NCBI GenBank assembly: GCA_964520655.1
Contig: CAZFNI010000001.1
Location: forward strand, 3,067 to 67,066
Length of the DNA: 64,000 bases
Source of the DNA: an uncultured Planctomycetales bacterium
GTDB lineage: Bacteria > Omnitrophota > Gorgyraeia > Zapsychrales > Fredricksoniimonadaceae
Direction of reading: 5' to 3'
The notes beneath the pieces were generated by a model, which was not told the origin of the DNA, made no database searches, and worked only from the letters and a program-made list of their open reading frames with translations. This document shows positions 9,715-20,956 of the stretch, in pieces. Every line of letters begins with the position of its first letter. Position 1 is the stretch's first letter. The translations under genes were made by a program, and so were the position numbers.

Positions 9715-9897
9715 GCAATGAAGAAATTTTTCTATTGCAAATATATATTTGATTGTTATACTACTGACTCCATTGAACGGCCACGGATAAAAGATGGCAT
9801 GAGGTAAGTCTCTTCCGTGGTTTAATTAACAGTCGCGCCATTACCTGTTTGTTTCTGCAAACCGCCGGCGCCGGCAAAAGTGAAGGAGATGTGTTGT

Positions 9898-10635
9898 ATG
9901 AATAACGAATTGATCAAGAAGTTGTTGGAAGCTGGCGTGCATTTCGGCCACCAAAGCCGCCGTTGGAACCCCAAAATGAAGCGTTTTATTTTCGGTGAAC
10001 GCGGTGGTATCTACATCATCGACCTCGAGAAGACTGAAGAACGTTTGAACACTGCCCGTGATTTTATCCGCGAGATCGCGGCTAAAGGCGGCAAGATCCT
10101 TTTTGTCGGTACAAAAAAACAAGCCCAGGATGTCATTGAAGAAGAAGCCAAGCGCTGCGAAGGCTACTATGTGCGCAACCGCTGGATGGGCGGCTTGCTG
10201 ACCAATCTGGAAACCGTGAAGAAATCCGTTAAGAAGTTGATCGATATTGAAAAGATGGAAACCAATGGGACCATCGGCAGATTGACCAAAAAGGAAGCTT
10301 CCCTATTAATGAAGGAAAAAGAACGTTTATTACGCGATCTTGGCGGTATCCGGGAAATGACAGTTCCTCCCGCGGCCATGATCGTTGTGGATACGAAAAA
10401 AGAAGAGATCGCTGTTGCTGAGGCTACCCGTTTGGGTATCCCGGTCGTTGGTTTGATCGATACCAATTCTGATCCAGACAAGATCAACTATCCTATCCCT
10501 GGCAACGATGACGCGGTCAAATCGATCAAATTCATCACATCGTTATTGGTTGACAGCATTTTAGACGGCCGTCGTGAGCACATCGCGGGTAAAAAAGCCC
10601 AGGTGACAGCTGCGGCACAGGAAGTGACCGTTTAA
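9898..10635 (+). CDS. rpsB: 30S ribosomal protein S2
   Basis: ELIKKLLEAGVHFGHQSRRWNPKM is the S2 signature. ATG at 9898 preceded by AGGAG RBS. Confidence 0.93.
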   Translation: MNNELIKKLLEAGVHFGHQSRRWNPKMKRFIFGERGGIYIIDLEKTEERLNTARDFIREIAAKGGKILFVGTKKQAQDVIEEEAKRCEGYYVRNRWMGGLLTNLETVKKSVKKLIDIEKMETNGTIGRLTKKEASLLMKEKERLLRDLGGIREMTVPPAAMIVVDTKKEEIAVAEATRLGIPVVGLIDTNSDPDKINYPIPGNDDAVKSIKFITSLLVDSILDGRREHIAGKKAQVTAAAQEVTV

Positions 10636-10665
10636 TTTAGGATATAGATAGAGGAGAATTTAGCA

Positions 10666-11127
10666 ATGATGACCATTTCAGCTTCAGATATCAAACGATT
10701 ACGTGAAGAAACATCCTGCGGGGTGATCGACTGCAAAAAAGCATTGGATCAGGCCAAAGGTGATTTTGCCAAAGCTAAAGAATTATTGCGTCAGCGCGGT
10801 TTGGAAATGGCGGCTAAGAAAAGCGACCGCAGCGCGAAAGAAGGCCGTGTCGAAAGCTATATCCATGCCGGTAACAAGATCGCGGTCATTGTGGAAGTCA
10901 ACTGCGAGACCGATTTCGTCGGCCGAAACGATGATTTCATCAAGTTCACGAAAGAATTAGCGATGCATATCGCGGCGATGAATCCGGAGAACGTGGAAAG
11001 CCTGTTGGCCCAGCCGTTCGTCCGCGATGCCAGCAAGACTATCAAGGACATGTTAAACGATTTAGTCGCAAAGATCGGCGAGAACATCATGGTCGGCCGT
11101 TTCGTGCGCTACAAGGTGGGTGAATAA
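10666..11127 (+). CDS. tsf: Elongation factor Ts, unusually short form (153 aa)
   Basis: N-terminal UBA-like motif [16 protein letters not shown] and core [18 protein letters not shown]. Canonical rpsB-tsf-pyrH-frr order. Confidence 0.88.
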   Translation: MMTISASDIKRLREETSCGVIDCKKALDQAKGDFAKAKELLRQRGLEMAAKKSDRSAKEGRVESYIHAGNKIAVIVEVNCETDFVGRNDDFIKFTKELAMHIAAMNPENVESLLAQPFVRDASKTIKDMLNDLVAKIGENIMVGRFVRYKVGE

Positions 11128-11857
11128 CTCCGTGCCAAATAGCAAGAAACCTGTCTATAAGAGGATATTGCTTAAATTAAGCGGCGAAGCACTGCTTGGC
11201 CGTTTGGCTCATGGTATCGACGCTGAAATGTGCGCTTCCTTAGCGTCGCAAGTTAAAGAGATCCATGATGCCGGAGTAGAGGTGGCCATCGTTGTCGGCG
11301 GGGGCAATATCTTCCGTGGGCAGGTGGAAAGCACGCGTTTCGGTCTGGACCGCTCTGTGGCCGATTACATGGGGATGTTGGCTACCGTCATGAATGGTCT
11401 GGCGCTGCAGAACGCCCTCGAGCAGATTGGTCTTCCAACGAGGGTTATGACCGCCATCCAGATGCACGCGATCGCCGAGCCGTATATTTTGCGCCGTGCT
11501 ATTCGGCATTTGGAAAAACGCCGCGTCATTATTTTTGTCGCCGGGACCGGTAATCCGTATTTCACCACTGATACCGCGGCGGCGTTACGTGCCACCGAGA
11601 TCAAATGCGACGTGATCATGAAAGCGACAAAGGTCGACGGTGTGTATACAGCTGATCCCAAGAAAGACAGCAGTGCCAAACGTTTTGAGAGTTTGAAGTT
11701 CATTGATGTCCTCAAGAAGAATTTGAAGGTGATGGATGCGACAGCGATCTCCATGTGTATGGATAATTCGATCCCCATCATCGTGTTCGACCTGCTGCAA
11801 AAAGGGAATATCAAACGCGCCGTATACGGCGAAAAAATAGGTACCATAGTCCGTTAA
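11120..11857 (+). CDS. pyrH: UMP kinase
   Basis: [12 protein letters not shown] ... [13 protein letters not shown] motifs. GTG start at 11120 (alternative GTG at 11132). Confidence 0.9.
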   Translation: MNNSVPNSKKPVYKRILLKLSGEALLGRLAHGIDAEMCASLASQVKEIHDAGVEVAIVVGGGNIFRGQVESTRFGLDRSVADYMGMLATVMNGLALQNALEQIGLPTRVMTAIQMHAIAEPYILRRAIRHLEKRRVIIFVAGTGNPYFTTDTAAALRATEIKCDVIMKATKVDGVYTADPKKDSSAKRFESLKFIDVLKKNLKVMDATAISMCMDNSIPIIVFDLLQKGNIKRAVYGEKIGTIVR

Positions 11858-11872
11858 CCACGGGGGGTGCAT

Positions 11873-12433
11873 ATGACAGCAAAAGACATATTAAAAGACG
11901 TGGATGTAAAGATGAAAAAGGCGATGGAGACCATGCTGCGCGAGTTCTCGGAAGTCCGCACTGGCCGTGCCCAGCCGTCCTTGATCGACGACATGCACAT
12001 TGATTATTACGGGACATCGACCCCGATCAAGCAGTTGGCTCAGGTGTCGTCCCCGGATCCCCGGCAGATCATGATCCAGCCCTGGGATGCGAACGCTCTT
12101 AAAGATATCGAAGCGGCGATCATGAACTCCAAACTGGGGGTTAATCCCAATAATGACGGGAAGGTGATCCGTTTGGTGTTCCCGCCGCTGTCAACAGAAC
12201 GTCGTGAAGAGTTCATCAAGGTCTGTAAAGATATGGCCGAACGCGGTCGCGTAACGATCCGTTCCCTGCGCCGCGATGCCAATGAAAAGGCAAAGAAGAT
12301 GCAGGGCGAGGGGCATGTGAGCGAAGATGAGAAATTCAAGACTGAAGAAGAAGTCCAAAAAATGACGGACCGTTTCATTAAAGAAATTGACGCAACGCTC
12401 GAGAAAAAGAGCAAAGAGCTGCGCGAAGTTTAG
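11873..12433 (+). CDS. frr: Ribosome recycling factor
   Basis: Protein similarity (MTAKDILKDVDVKMKKAMETMLREFSEVRTGRA...). GGGGGG RBS 6 nt upstream of ATG 11873 (ORF track begins at GTG 11867). Confidence 0.9.
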   Translation: MTAKDILKDVDVKMKKAMETMLREFSEVRTGRAQPSLIDDMHIDYYGTSTPIKQLAQVSSPDPRQIMIQPWDANALKDIEAAIMNSKLGVNPNNDGKVIRLVFPPLSTERREEFIKVCKDMAERGRVTIRSLRRDANEKAKKMQGEGHVSEDEKFKTEEEVQKMTDRFIKEIDATLEKKSKELREV

Positions 12434-12449
12434 ATCTTTTAGATTTGTT

Positions 12450-12522
12450 GACCCACTAGCTCACCCGGTAGAGCACCACCCTTTTAAGGTGGGGGTACCG
12501 CGTTCGAGTCGCGGGTGGGTCA
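12450..12522 (+). tRNA. tRNA-Lys (anticodon TTT)
   Basis: Hand-folded cloverleaf: acceptor GACCCAC/GTGGGTC, anticodon stem CCACC/GGTGG with loop CTTTTAA, T-arm CCGCG-TTCGAGT-CGCGG. CCA not encoded. Confidence 0.8.
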
Positions 12523-12538
12523 CTTTTTTCCCTTGCTT

Positions 12539-12620
12539 GGGCGGGTGGCGGAATTGGTAGACGCGCATGCCTTAGGAGCATGTGGGGCGACTCGTGGAGG
12601 TTCAAGTCCTCTCCCGCCCA
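12539..12620 (+). tRNA. tRNA-Leu (anticodon TAG), long variable arm
   Basis: Acceptor GGGCGGG/CCCGCCC, D-loop AATTGGTAGA, anticodon stem CATGC/GCATG with loop CTTAGGA, long variable arm, T-loop TTCAAGT. Confidence 0.75.
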
Positions 12621-12800
12621 TATTAAAGAATTAATATGGATGTTGGAGGGCTTGAAGTGAGCCCGATTATAAACTCCGACGAATAGGAGGAGTTTATGGG
12701 CGAGTGGCTGACCCGAAGTGAAGTTCTGGCGCAGAAGCGGCGGAACGAACGGAGGGCACCAAGTCCTCTCCCGCCCACTATAAAAAGTGTGCGGGAATAG

Positions 12801-12828
12801 TTGACAAAAGTCGTACTTTACATATGAT
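12801..12828 (+). promoter_or_regulatory. Near-consensus sigma70-type promoter (TTGACA-N16-TATGAT) upstream of tRNA-Gly
   Basis: TTGACA at 12801-12806, TATGAT at 12823-12828; transcription would start ~7-10 nt before tRNA-Gly. Confidence 0.5.
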
Positions 12829-12838
12829 AGTTCTTTAT

Positions 12839-12914
12839 GCGGCGGTAATTCAGTTGGTAGAATGCCACCTTGCCAAGGTGGATGCCATCGGTTCAAACCC
12901 GATCCGCCGCTCCA
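12839..12914 (+). tRNA. tRNA-Gly (anticodon GCC), CCA encoded
   Basis: Acceptor GCGGCGG/CCGCCGC, D-arm TAATTCAGTTGGTAGAA, anticodon stem CCACC/GGTGG with loop TTGCCAA, T-arm GGTTCAAACCC, then TCCA. Confidence 0.85.
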
Positions 12915-12936
12915 AATTTTTCTTCCCGGAGGTTTC

Positions 12937-13407
12937 ATGAAAATTACCGAGTTTTTGTGTAAGGCCGCCGTCGTAAGCGACTTGAAAGCCACGACAAAGC
13001 CGGAAGTCATCGCGGAAATGGTTGGATTGCTCGTCGAAGGCGGTGCGCTGGAAAAGAAACACAAGAACAAGGTGATCGAAGTCCTCATGGCCAGGGAAGC
13101 GTTGGGTTCGACGGCCATCGGCCAGGGGATCGCTATCCCGCATGGCAAGTCTGACAATACGGATAAATTGGTCGCGGCCCTGGCGGTCAGCAAAAGTGGC
13201 GTGGCTTTTGATTCTTTAGACGGAGAACCTGCCAATATTTTCTTTTTGCTGGTCGCTCCCGTTGATTCTGCTGGTCCCCATCTTAAAGCCCTTGCCCGGG
13301 TCTCACGGTTGTTGAAAGATAAGTTCTTCCGCGACAGTTTAAAGAATTCAAAAACAAGCAAAGATATCATTGAATTAGTCTCCCGCGAAGACGCGCGGAT
13401 CGGTTAG
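12937..13407 (+). CDS. ptsN: PTS EIIA-Ntr family nitrogen regulatory protein
   Basis: MKITEFL...DLKATTKPEVIAEMV...TAIGQGIAIPHGK is the EIIA type-2 (fructose/Ntr) fold with the phosphorylatable His in AIPHG. GGAGG RBS before ATG 12937. Confidence 0.8.
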   Translation: MKITEFLCKAAVVSDLKATTKPEVIAEMVGLLVEGGALEKKHKNKVIEVLMAREALGSTAIGQGIAIPHGKSDNTDKLVAALAVSKSGVAFDSLDGEPANIFFLLVAPVDSAGPHLKALARVSRLLKDKFFRDSLKNSKTSKDIIELVSREDARIG

Positions 13408-13424
13408 TTTCACCCTTTGCGATC

Positions 13425-14669
13425 ATGTCAAATAACAATCTTTCCAAATGGCTTTATCCCGGCATGCGGGTTAAACGCTGGATGTTTGCTTCACTATTCG
13501 GCGTCCTGGTCGTTGGTTTTGGTTCCATTTTCACGGTCAGTCCCTATTCGTTCGTAAGCCGGCTGGGCATCATCATCATCCTGTGCGGCATTATCTTCAT
13601 TGTCCTTGGCATGGCCAAGATGACAGTTTCTCTCATTACGTTATTCTTACCCCAGCGCGAGCGGGACATTGTCAATATCTTGTATCAGCGCCGTTATCTG
13701 GAGCGCGGCCCGCGCATCGTGACCATTGGCGGCGGTCACGGGTTGTCACACCTGCTTCTGGGTCTTAAAGAATATACATCCAATCTCACGGCGATCGTGA
13801 CGGTCGCTGACAGCGGCGGTTCCTCGGGCCGTTTGCGGGAAGAATTCAATATCGTAGCCCCTGGCGATATCCGAAACTGTCTGGTCGCTCTGGCTGACGC
13901 GCCCGCGCTCATGGGGGAATTATTCCAGTATCGTTTTAGTGAGGGGGGCGGGCTGAAGGGGCATAATTTCGGCAACCTTTTTCTGACCGCGATGGTCAAG
14001 CTTACTGATGGTGATTTCCAGAAAGCGGTTGAAGAATCAAGCAAGGTCTTGGCCATCCGAGGGAAAGTTATTCCGTCGACGGTCTATAATGTGCAGCTTG
14101 TCGCGGAATATGTGGATGGCTCGATCCTGGAAGGAGAGGCGAGTATTCCGGATAAGAATATTCCGATCAAGAGGGTATTTTTAAAGCCGGAAGATGCTAA
14201 ACCGACGCCGGAAGCGTTGGAGGCGATCGCCGAGGCGGATATCATTGTGATGGGTCCGGGAAGCTTGTATACCAGTATTTTATCGAATTTAAGCATCAAC
14301 GGCATGGTGGATGCGCTTGTTAAGTCCAAAGGGTATAAGATCTATGTCTGCAATGCGATGACCCAGAAAGGCGAGACGACGGATTTTACCGCCGGCGACC
14401 ATGTGCAGGCGATCGTTGACCATTCACATCCGGATGTCATCAATGCATGCATCATCAATAATGCGGTCGTCCCCGAGAAGGCGTTAGTACGTTACCGGGA
14501 TGAGGGGGCTTATCCGGTCGCTCCAGACGTTGACCGTATTAAAGCGATGGGTTATACACTGGTGGCGACCGATCTGTTAAGCGTGGCGAATTATGTCCGT
14601 CATGATTCAAAAAAATTGACCCAGGCGTTGATCAAGCTGATCGAAACGCAGCATGTGATCAAAAGGTAA
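13425..14669 (+). CDS. YvcK/CofD-like (UPF0052, gluconeogenesis factor family) protein with ~90-aa N-terminal extension carrying two predicted TM helices
   Basis: Core IVTIGGGHGLSHLLLGLK...VTVADSGGSSGRLREE...PGDIRNCLVALAD matches the YvcK family. The N-terminus WMFASLFGVLVVGFGSIFTV and IIIILCGIIFIVLGMAKMTVSLITLFL is hydrophobic. Start uncertain (in-frame ATGs at 13613/13622 would give the canonical soluble form). Confidence 0.75.
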   Translation: MSNNNLSKWLYPGMRVKRWMFASLFGVLVVGFGSIFTVSPYSFVSRLGIIIILCGIIFIVLGMAKMTVSLITLFLPQRERDIVNILYQRRYLERGPRIVTIGGGHGLSHLLLGLKEYTSNLTAIVTVADSGGSSGRLREEFNIVAPGDIRNCLVALADAPALMGELFQYRFSEGGGLKGHNFGNLFLTAMVKLTDGDFQKAVEESSKVLAIRGKVIPSTVYNVQLVAEYVDGSILEGEASIPDKNIPIKRVFLKPEDAKPTPEALEAIAEADIIVMGPGSLYTSILSNLSINGMVDALVKSKGYKIYVCNAMTQKGETTDFTAGDHVQAIVDHSHPDVINACIINNAVVPEKALVRYRDEGAYPVAPDVDRIKAMGYTLVATDLLSVANYVRHDSKKLTQALIKLIETQHVIKR

Positions 14670-14670
14670 C

Positions 14671-14949
14671 ATGGCGATCATTGAAAAAAAGATCATTGTG
14701 GCGAATAAGAAAGGTTTGCATGCCAGGCCGGCGGCGATGTTCGTACAGATGGTCACCAAATATGATGTACAGGTGACGGTGGTCAAAGACACGGAGAAGG
14801 TCAATGGTAAGTCCATCATGGGTCTGTTGACGTTGGGGGCGGTCGTCAATACTGTGCTGACGATCACAGTCGAGGGCAATGAAGCAGAAACGGCGATGCG
14901 GGCCTTTGAGGATTTTTTTAGTAAACAGGAAGAAGAGTTCTTAAAATGA
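14671..14949 (+). CDS. ptsH: Phosphocarrier protein HPr (His15 and Ser46 both present)
   Basis: GLHARPAAMFV (His15) and VNGKSIMGLLTLG (Ser46). Confidence 0.85.
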   Translation: MAIIEKKIIVANKKGLHARPAAMFVQMVTKYDVQVTVVKDTEKVNGKSIMGLLTLGAVVNTVLTITVEGNEAETAMRAFEDFFSKQEEEFLK

Positions 14950-16691
14950 GTGAGCTTGTACTAAAAGGTATTCCAGCTGCCAGCGGCATCGCGTACGGTC
15001 CGGCGTTCATCTTGGACAGTCAGGAATTCATTGTTCCTAAAAGGATCATTTCTGACGATGAGATTGAGTCGGAGATCGCTCGTTTTCAGGAAGCACTGGA
15101 CCAGACCCGTCGGGAGATCCTGGATATCAAGAACAGGATCGAAAAGGATCTGGGGGCCGCCCATGCCCAGATCTTTGAGGCACACTTGATGGTTTTGGAT
15201 GACCCCATGCTTTTTGAACAGGTAAGCACGATGGTGCGTAGCGAGAAGCAGGGGTCGGATTATGTCTTTGCCCAGGTCATCAAGTCTTATACACAAGCTT
15301 TGTCGAAAGTGCAGGATGAATATCTGCGCGACAGGGCGACGGATATGAATGATATTGCCAAGCGCGTGCTCAAGCATTTGATGCAGGAGAGCCGCTGGCA
15401 TGATTTTGAGAATTTCCAGGGAGAGCTGGCGGTCATTGCCCATGACCTTTCCCCGTCAGATGCGGTGAGCATGTATAACAAGAAGATCGTCGCCTTCGTA
15501 ACGGATATCGGCGGTAGAACATCACATACGGCGATCATCGCCAAGTCGCTGGGCGTTCCCGCGGTGGTGGGCTTAAAAGACGCGACGTTGCGGATCACCA
15601 ATGGCGATTCTTTGATCATTGACGGGAAAAAGGGGCTTGTGATCGTTAATCCAACGCCGGCCACTAAAGATCTTTATATCAAGGAGCAGGGCAAGATCAC
15701 AGCCAGTTTAGAAAAACTTGATGACCTGCGTGATCTCCCCGCGCAAACGATCGATGGGAAGAAGATCTCGATGATGGCGAATCTGGAGCTGGCGTCCGAA
15801 TTGCCTTCCATGCGTAAATTTGGCGGCCAGGGTATCGGTCTGTACCGTACAGAATTTTTATTCATGAACAGGTTGGATCTTCCGTCAGAAGAGGAACAGT
15901 TCCAAGCCTATAAGAAAGTCATTGAAAGCGTTGCGCCGCTTCCGGTCACGATCCGTACGCTTGATCTGGGGGGTGATAAATTTATTTCCAGTGTGCATAT
16001 CCCCAAAGATATGTCGCCGTTCTTAGGGGTTAGGGCTATCCGTTTCTGTCTGGAGCGTCAGGATATCTTTAAGACCCAGCTGCGTGCCATTCTGCGCGCA
16101 TCCGCCTATGGCCGGGTGCAGATGATGTACCCAATGATATCAGGTGTTGGGGAACTAAGGCAGGCTAATGCTGTTCTCGCTCAGGTCAAGGCCAGCCTGG
16201 AGCGCGAGCATGTCGCCTTTGATCCGTCGATGAAGGTAGGGATCATGATCGAGGTGCCCTCTGCTGTCATGACTGCGGACGTGCTGGCCAAAGAAGCGGA
16301 GTTTTTCTCGATCGGCACAAACGACCTGATCCAGTATTCTTTAGCTGTTGACCGCGTCAATGAAAAGACCGCGATGCTTTACGAGCCGGCCCATCCGGCG
16401 ATATTACGCATGATCAAGCGAACCGTTGATGACGGTCACAATGAGGGGATCAGCGTGGGGTTGTGCGGCGAGATGGCCAGCGACCTGGTTTTGGCGTTTT
16501 TACTGGTAGGACTCGGCGTGGATCATTTAAGCATGTCACCATCAAGCATTCCCGGCGTCAAACGCATGATCCGGGGCTTGCGTTTTTCCGACATCGCTCA
16601 TGTGACCATGGAAAGTTTAAGTTTAAGCACAGGAGCAGAAGTGGAGGAGTATGTCGGTGCGCAGTTGCACCGGCTAAACCCAAATTTATGA
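14946..16691 (+). CDS. ptsI: Phosphoenolpyruvate-protein phosphotransferase (PTS enzyme I)
   Basis: GGRTSHTAIIAKSLGVPAVVG phosphohistidine domain and PEP-utilizing C-terminal domain; 4-bp overlap with HPr. Confidence 0.9.
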   Translation: MSELVLKGIPAASGIAYGPAFILDSQEFIVPKRIISDDEIESEIARFQEALDQTRREILDIKNRIEKDLGAAHAQIFEAHLMVLDDPMLFEQVSTMVRSEKQGSDYVFAQVIKSYTQALSKVQDEYLRDRATDMNDIAKRVLKHLMQESRWHDFENFQGELAVIAHDLSPSDAVSMYNKKIVAFVTDIGGRTSHTAIIAKSLGVPAVVGLKDATLRITNGDSLIIDGKKGLVIVNPTPATKDLYIKEQGKITASLEKLDDLRDLPAQTIDGKKISMMANLELASELPSMRKFGGQGIGLYRTEFLFMNRLDLPSEEEQFQAYKKVIESVAPLPVTIRTLDLGGDKFISSVHIPKDMSPFLGVRAIRFCLERQDIFKTQLRAILRASAYGRVQMMYPMISGVGELRQANAVLAQVKASLEREHVAFDPSMKVGIMIEVPSAVMTADVLAKEAEFFSIGTNDLIQYSLAVDRVNEKTAMLYEPAHPAILRMIKRTVDDGHNEGISVGLCGEMASDLVLAFLLVGLGVDHLSMSPSSIPGVKRMIRGLRFSDIAHVTMESLSLSTGAEVEEYVGAQLHRLNPNL

Positions 16692-17431
16692 AAGCACTCA
16701 TTTTAGCCGCAGGATACGGCACGCGCTTAGCCGCGATCGCCAAAGATACGCCCAAACCTTTGTTAGATGTGGCTGGAAAGCCGCTGATCGACTATACCGT
16801 CGATAAGCTCAAGGCCGTACGGGGTTTAACGGAAATTGTGGTTGTGACCAATAATAAATTCTATGATGTGTTCTGCCGCTGGGCAGGGACGCATCCCGAT
16901 TTTAAGATCCGCGTTGTAAATGACGGGACCAATACTCCTGAAGAACGTCTTGGGTCGGTCGGAGATATCAATTATGTCTGGAGCAAAGAAACAGTATTGG
17001 ATGACTGGCTGATCATTGGTGGGGATAATATTTTCCTGGAAGACCTGAATAATTTCATGGGCACGGCCGCCAAGAAAGCGCCAGCGATGACCATCGGTTT
17101 GTATGATATTAAGGATATCGCGGGAGCGACTAAATTCGGTGTCGCGGCCATCGACGGGGCGGACAGGGTGACCTCCTTCGAAGAGAAGCCTGCTCAACCT
17201 AAATCCAGTCTGATCGTCATGTGTTTATACTATTTCCCCAGGCAAACGCTTGGGTTCATTGAGGAATACCGAGCTGTCTCCAAAGCACTGGACGCGGCAG
17301 GGAGTTATATCCAGTGGTTGTCGGAAAAGAAAAATGTTTATGGTTTTCAATTCAGTGGAAAATGGTATGATATCGGAAGTGTTGAATCTCTCCAAGAGGC
17401 TCAAGAGTTCTTTAAACAAAAAAACTCATAA
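16688..17431 (+). CDS. Sugar-phosphate nucleotidyltransferase (NTP_transferase family)
   Basis: [36 protein letters not shown] signature. ATG 16688 overlaps the ptsI stop (ATGA). The ORF-track 16463 start is read-through inside ptsI. Confidence 0.75.
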   Translation: MKALILAAGYGTRLAAIAKDTPKPLLDVAGKPLIDYTVDKLKAVRGLTEIVVVTNNKFYDVFCRWAGTHPDFKIRVVNDGTNTPEERLGSVGDINYVWSKETVLDDWLIIGGDNIFLEDLNNFMGTAAKKAPAMTIGLYDIKDIAGATKFGVAAIDGADRVTSFEEKPAQPKSSLIVMCLYYFPRQTLGFIEEYRAVSKALDAAGSYIQWLSEKKNVYGFQFSGKWYDIGSVESLQEAQEFFKQKNS

Positions 17432-17463
17432 ACGCCGTTTATCTTCATAGAAAGGTGGTTTTC

Positions 17464-18615
17464 GTGAAAGGACGTTATTTATTTACTTCAGAATCTGTGG
17501 GCGCGGGGCATCCGGACAAGGTCTGCGACAATATCTCGGACGGTGTTCTCGATGCTGTCCTGAAAGATGATCCGAAAGGCCGCGTTGCCTGTGAAACATT
17601 CTGCACGGCGGGTTTAGTTATCGTCGGCGGTGAGATCACCACATCCACCTATGTAGATGTCCATAAACTGGTGCGTGAAGTCCTGTTAGACATCGGTTAC
17701 ACGCATCCCAAATATGGTTTTGACGCCAATACCTGCTCCATTTTAAACGGCATCAACAAACAATCTCCGGATATTTCCCAGGGGGTTGATAAGGGGGGCG
17801 CCGGCGATCAAGGCATCATGTTCGGTTATGCCGTTGATGAAACTAAAGAATTGATGCCGCTGCCGATCATGCTGGCGCATCAGTTGGTCGCGCGGGTCAC
17901 GGAAGTCCGTGAAAAAGGTATCCTGAAATATTTAGGGCCTGATTGCAAATCTCAGGTCACCATCGAATATGATGGCGACACACCGATGCGCGTAGACGCG
18001 GTCGTTCTGGCCTGTCAGCACACGGAAGAGATCCTGGATAAGACCGGCAAACAGATCACCGAGAAATCCCGCCAGGACATGATCAAGACCATCGCTCACC
18101 CCATTGTCGGGAAATTGATGGATAAGAATACGAAGTTCTATGTGAATGAAACAGGCAAGTTCGTTGTCGGTGGTCCCCAGTCAGATACAGGTGTCACGGG
18201 CCGTAAGATCATCGTTGATACCTACGGCGGCGCGGTGCCTCACGGCGGCGGCGCTTTCTCGGGGAAAGATCCGACCAAGGTCGACCGTTCTGCCGCGTAC
18301 ATGGGTCGTTATGTGGCCAAGAATATCGTGGCTGCCGGTCTGGCCAAGAAATGTTTATTGCAATTAGGTTATGCCATTGGTTATCCTCAACCGGTTTCCA
18401 TCATGGTCGACACCTATGGCACAGGCAAGGTCACCGAACAGCGTTTAGTTGAGCTGGTGCGTAAGCATTTCGATCTGTCCCCCAAAGGGATCATCGAGAC
18501 GCTGGACCTGCGCAAACCTATTTACCGTAAAACTGCCGCGTATGGCCACTTTGGTCGTCCTGGGTTCTCTTGGGAAAAGACGGACAAGGCCGCGGTATTA
18601 AAGAAAGAAGCGTAA
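17464..18615 (+). CDS. metK: S-adenosylmethionine synthetase
   Basis: [43 protein letters not shown] motifs. GTG 17464 is 6 nt after an AAAGGTGG RBS (ORF track starts at 17455). Confidence 0.9.
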   Translation: MKGRYLFTSESVGAGHPDKVCDNISDGVLDAVLKDDPKGRVACETFCTAGLVIVGGEITTSTYVDVHKLVREVLLDIGYTHPKYGFDANTCSILNGINKQSPDISQGVDKGGAGDQGIMFGYAVDETKELMPLPIMLAHQLVARVTEVREKGILKYLGPDCKSQVTIEYDGDTPMRVDAVVLACQHTEEILDKTGKQITEKSRQDMIKTIAHPIVGKLMDKNTKFYVNETGKFVVGGPQSDTGVTGRKIIVDTYGGAVPHGGGAFSGKDPTKVDRSAAYMGRYVAKNIVAAGLAKKCLLQLGYAIGYPQPVSIMVDTYGTGKVTEQRLVELVRKHFDLSPKGIIETLDLRKPIYRKTAAYGHFGRPGFSWEKTDKAAVLKKEA

Positions 18616-19974
<1,359 letters not shown>

Positions 19975-19984
19975 GGACTAGCGT

Positions 19985-20956
19985 ATGGCCTCTCCCATAA
20001 AGAAGATTGGTATTCTTACATCAGGTGGCGACGGCCCGGGCATGAACGCGGCCATTCGTTCGATCGTGCGGTATTCTTTGCATTATGGTTTAGAGGTGGC
20101 GGGGATCATGCGCGGTTATCAGGGGCTTCTGGAAGAAGATATTATTACACTTAATCACCGCTCTGTGTCCAACATCATTAACAAGGGCGGGACGATCTTA
20201 AAAACGGCGCGTTCAAAGGATTTCACCCCTGTCGAAGGGAAAATGAAAGCCGCGGAGAATGCCCGCAAACACGGCATTGACGCCCTGATCGTTATCGGCG
20301 GGGATGGATCCTACCAGGGGGCCAAAAGATTTTATGAATTAAGCGGTATCCCGACCATCGGTTTGCCCGGGACGATCGATAATGACTTGCACGGCACCGA
20401 CCAGACCATCGGCTGCGCGACCGCGATCAACACGGCGCTGGAATCGATCGACAAGATCCGCGACACCGCTCAGAGCATGGAGCGCGTTTTTGTCATTGAG
20501 GTTATGGGCAATAAGAGTGGTTATATCGCCATGCAGGTCGCTCTTGCGGCCGGGGCGGAAGATGTGATCATCCCTGAAAGGCAATTTGATTACGCTGGCA
20601 TGCATCAGGAGATCTTGGAAGCCAGTAATAAAGGGAAGATCAGTTATATCGTGATCGTTGCTGAAGGTGCCGCCATGGCGTCGGTCGTTGCTGATAATAT
20701 CACCCGGTCAACGGGATTAGAATCCCGCTACGTGGTCTTAGGCCACGTTCAGCGCGGGGGCACTCCCAGCGGTCCGGACCGCATTCTCTCCACACGTTTA
20801 GGCGCAGCCGCCGTCGATCTACTGCTCAATGGCGTCTACGGAAAAGCAGTTGGTATGCTGGAAGATGAGATCAATGTCATCGACCTTAAAGATGCCACCC
20901 GTCGTGTCCATACGGACATGGATGAATTGTACGAGCTGCTAAAGATTTTGACATAA
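19985..20956 (+). CDS. pfkA: ATP-dependent 6-phosphofructokinase
   Basis: KKIGILTSGGDGPGMNAAIRSIV, IGGDGS, GLPGTIDND motifs. Confidence 0.9.
   Translation: MASPIKKIGILTSGGDGPGMNAAIRSIVRYSLHYGLEVAGIMRGYQGLLEEDIITLNHRSVSNIINKGGTILKTARSKDFTPVEGKMKAAENARKHGIDALIVIGGDGSYQGAKRFYELSGIPTIGLPGTIDNDLHGTDQTIGCATAINTALESIDKIRDTAQSMERVFVIEVMGNKSGYIAMQVALAAGAEDVIIPERQFDYAGMHQEILEASNKGKISYIVIVAEGAAMASVVADNITRSTGLESRYVVLGHVQRGGTPSGPDRILSTRLGAAAVDLLLNGVYGKAVGMLEDEINVIDLKDATRRVHTDMDELYELLKILT

Noticed and set aside
9715-9897. Possible rpsB leader element (hairpin CCACGGA…TCCGTGG at ~9781-9820) and TTGCAA-N16-TATACT promoter-like sequence
   Set aside because: Stem is short with a 26-nt loop and I cannot verify conservation; too weak to call a regulatory RNA
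12456-13370. 304-aa minus-strand ORF spanning the tRNA cluster and ptsN
   Set aside because: Overlaps three well-folded tRNAs and a clearly conserved ptsN on the opposite strand; no protein similarity
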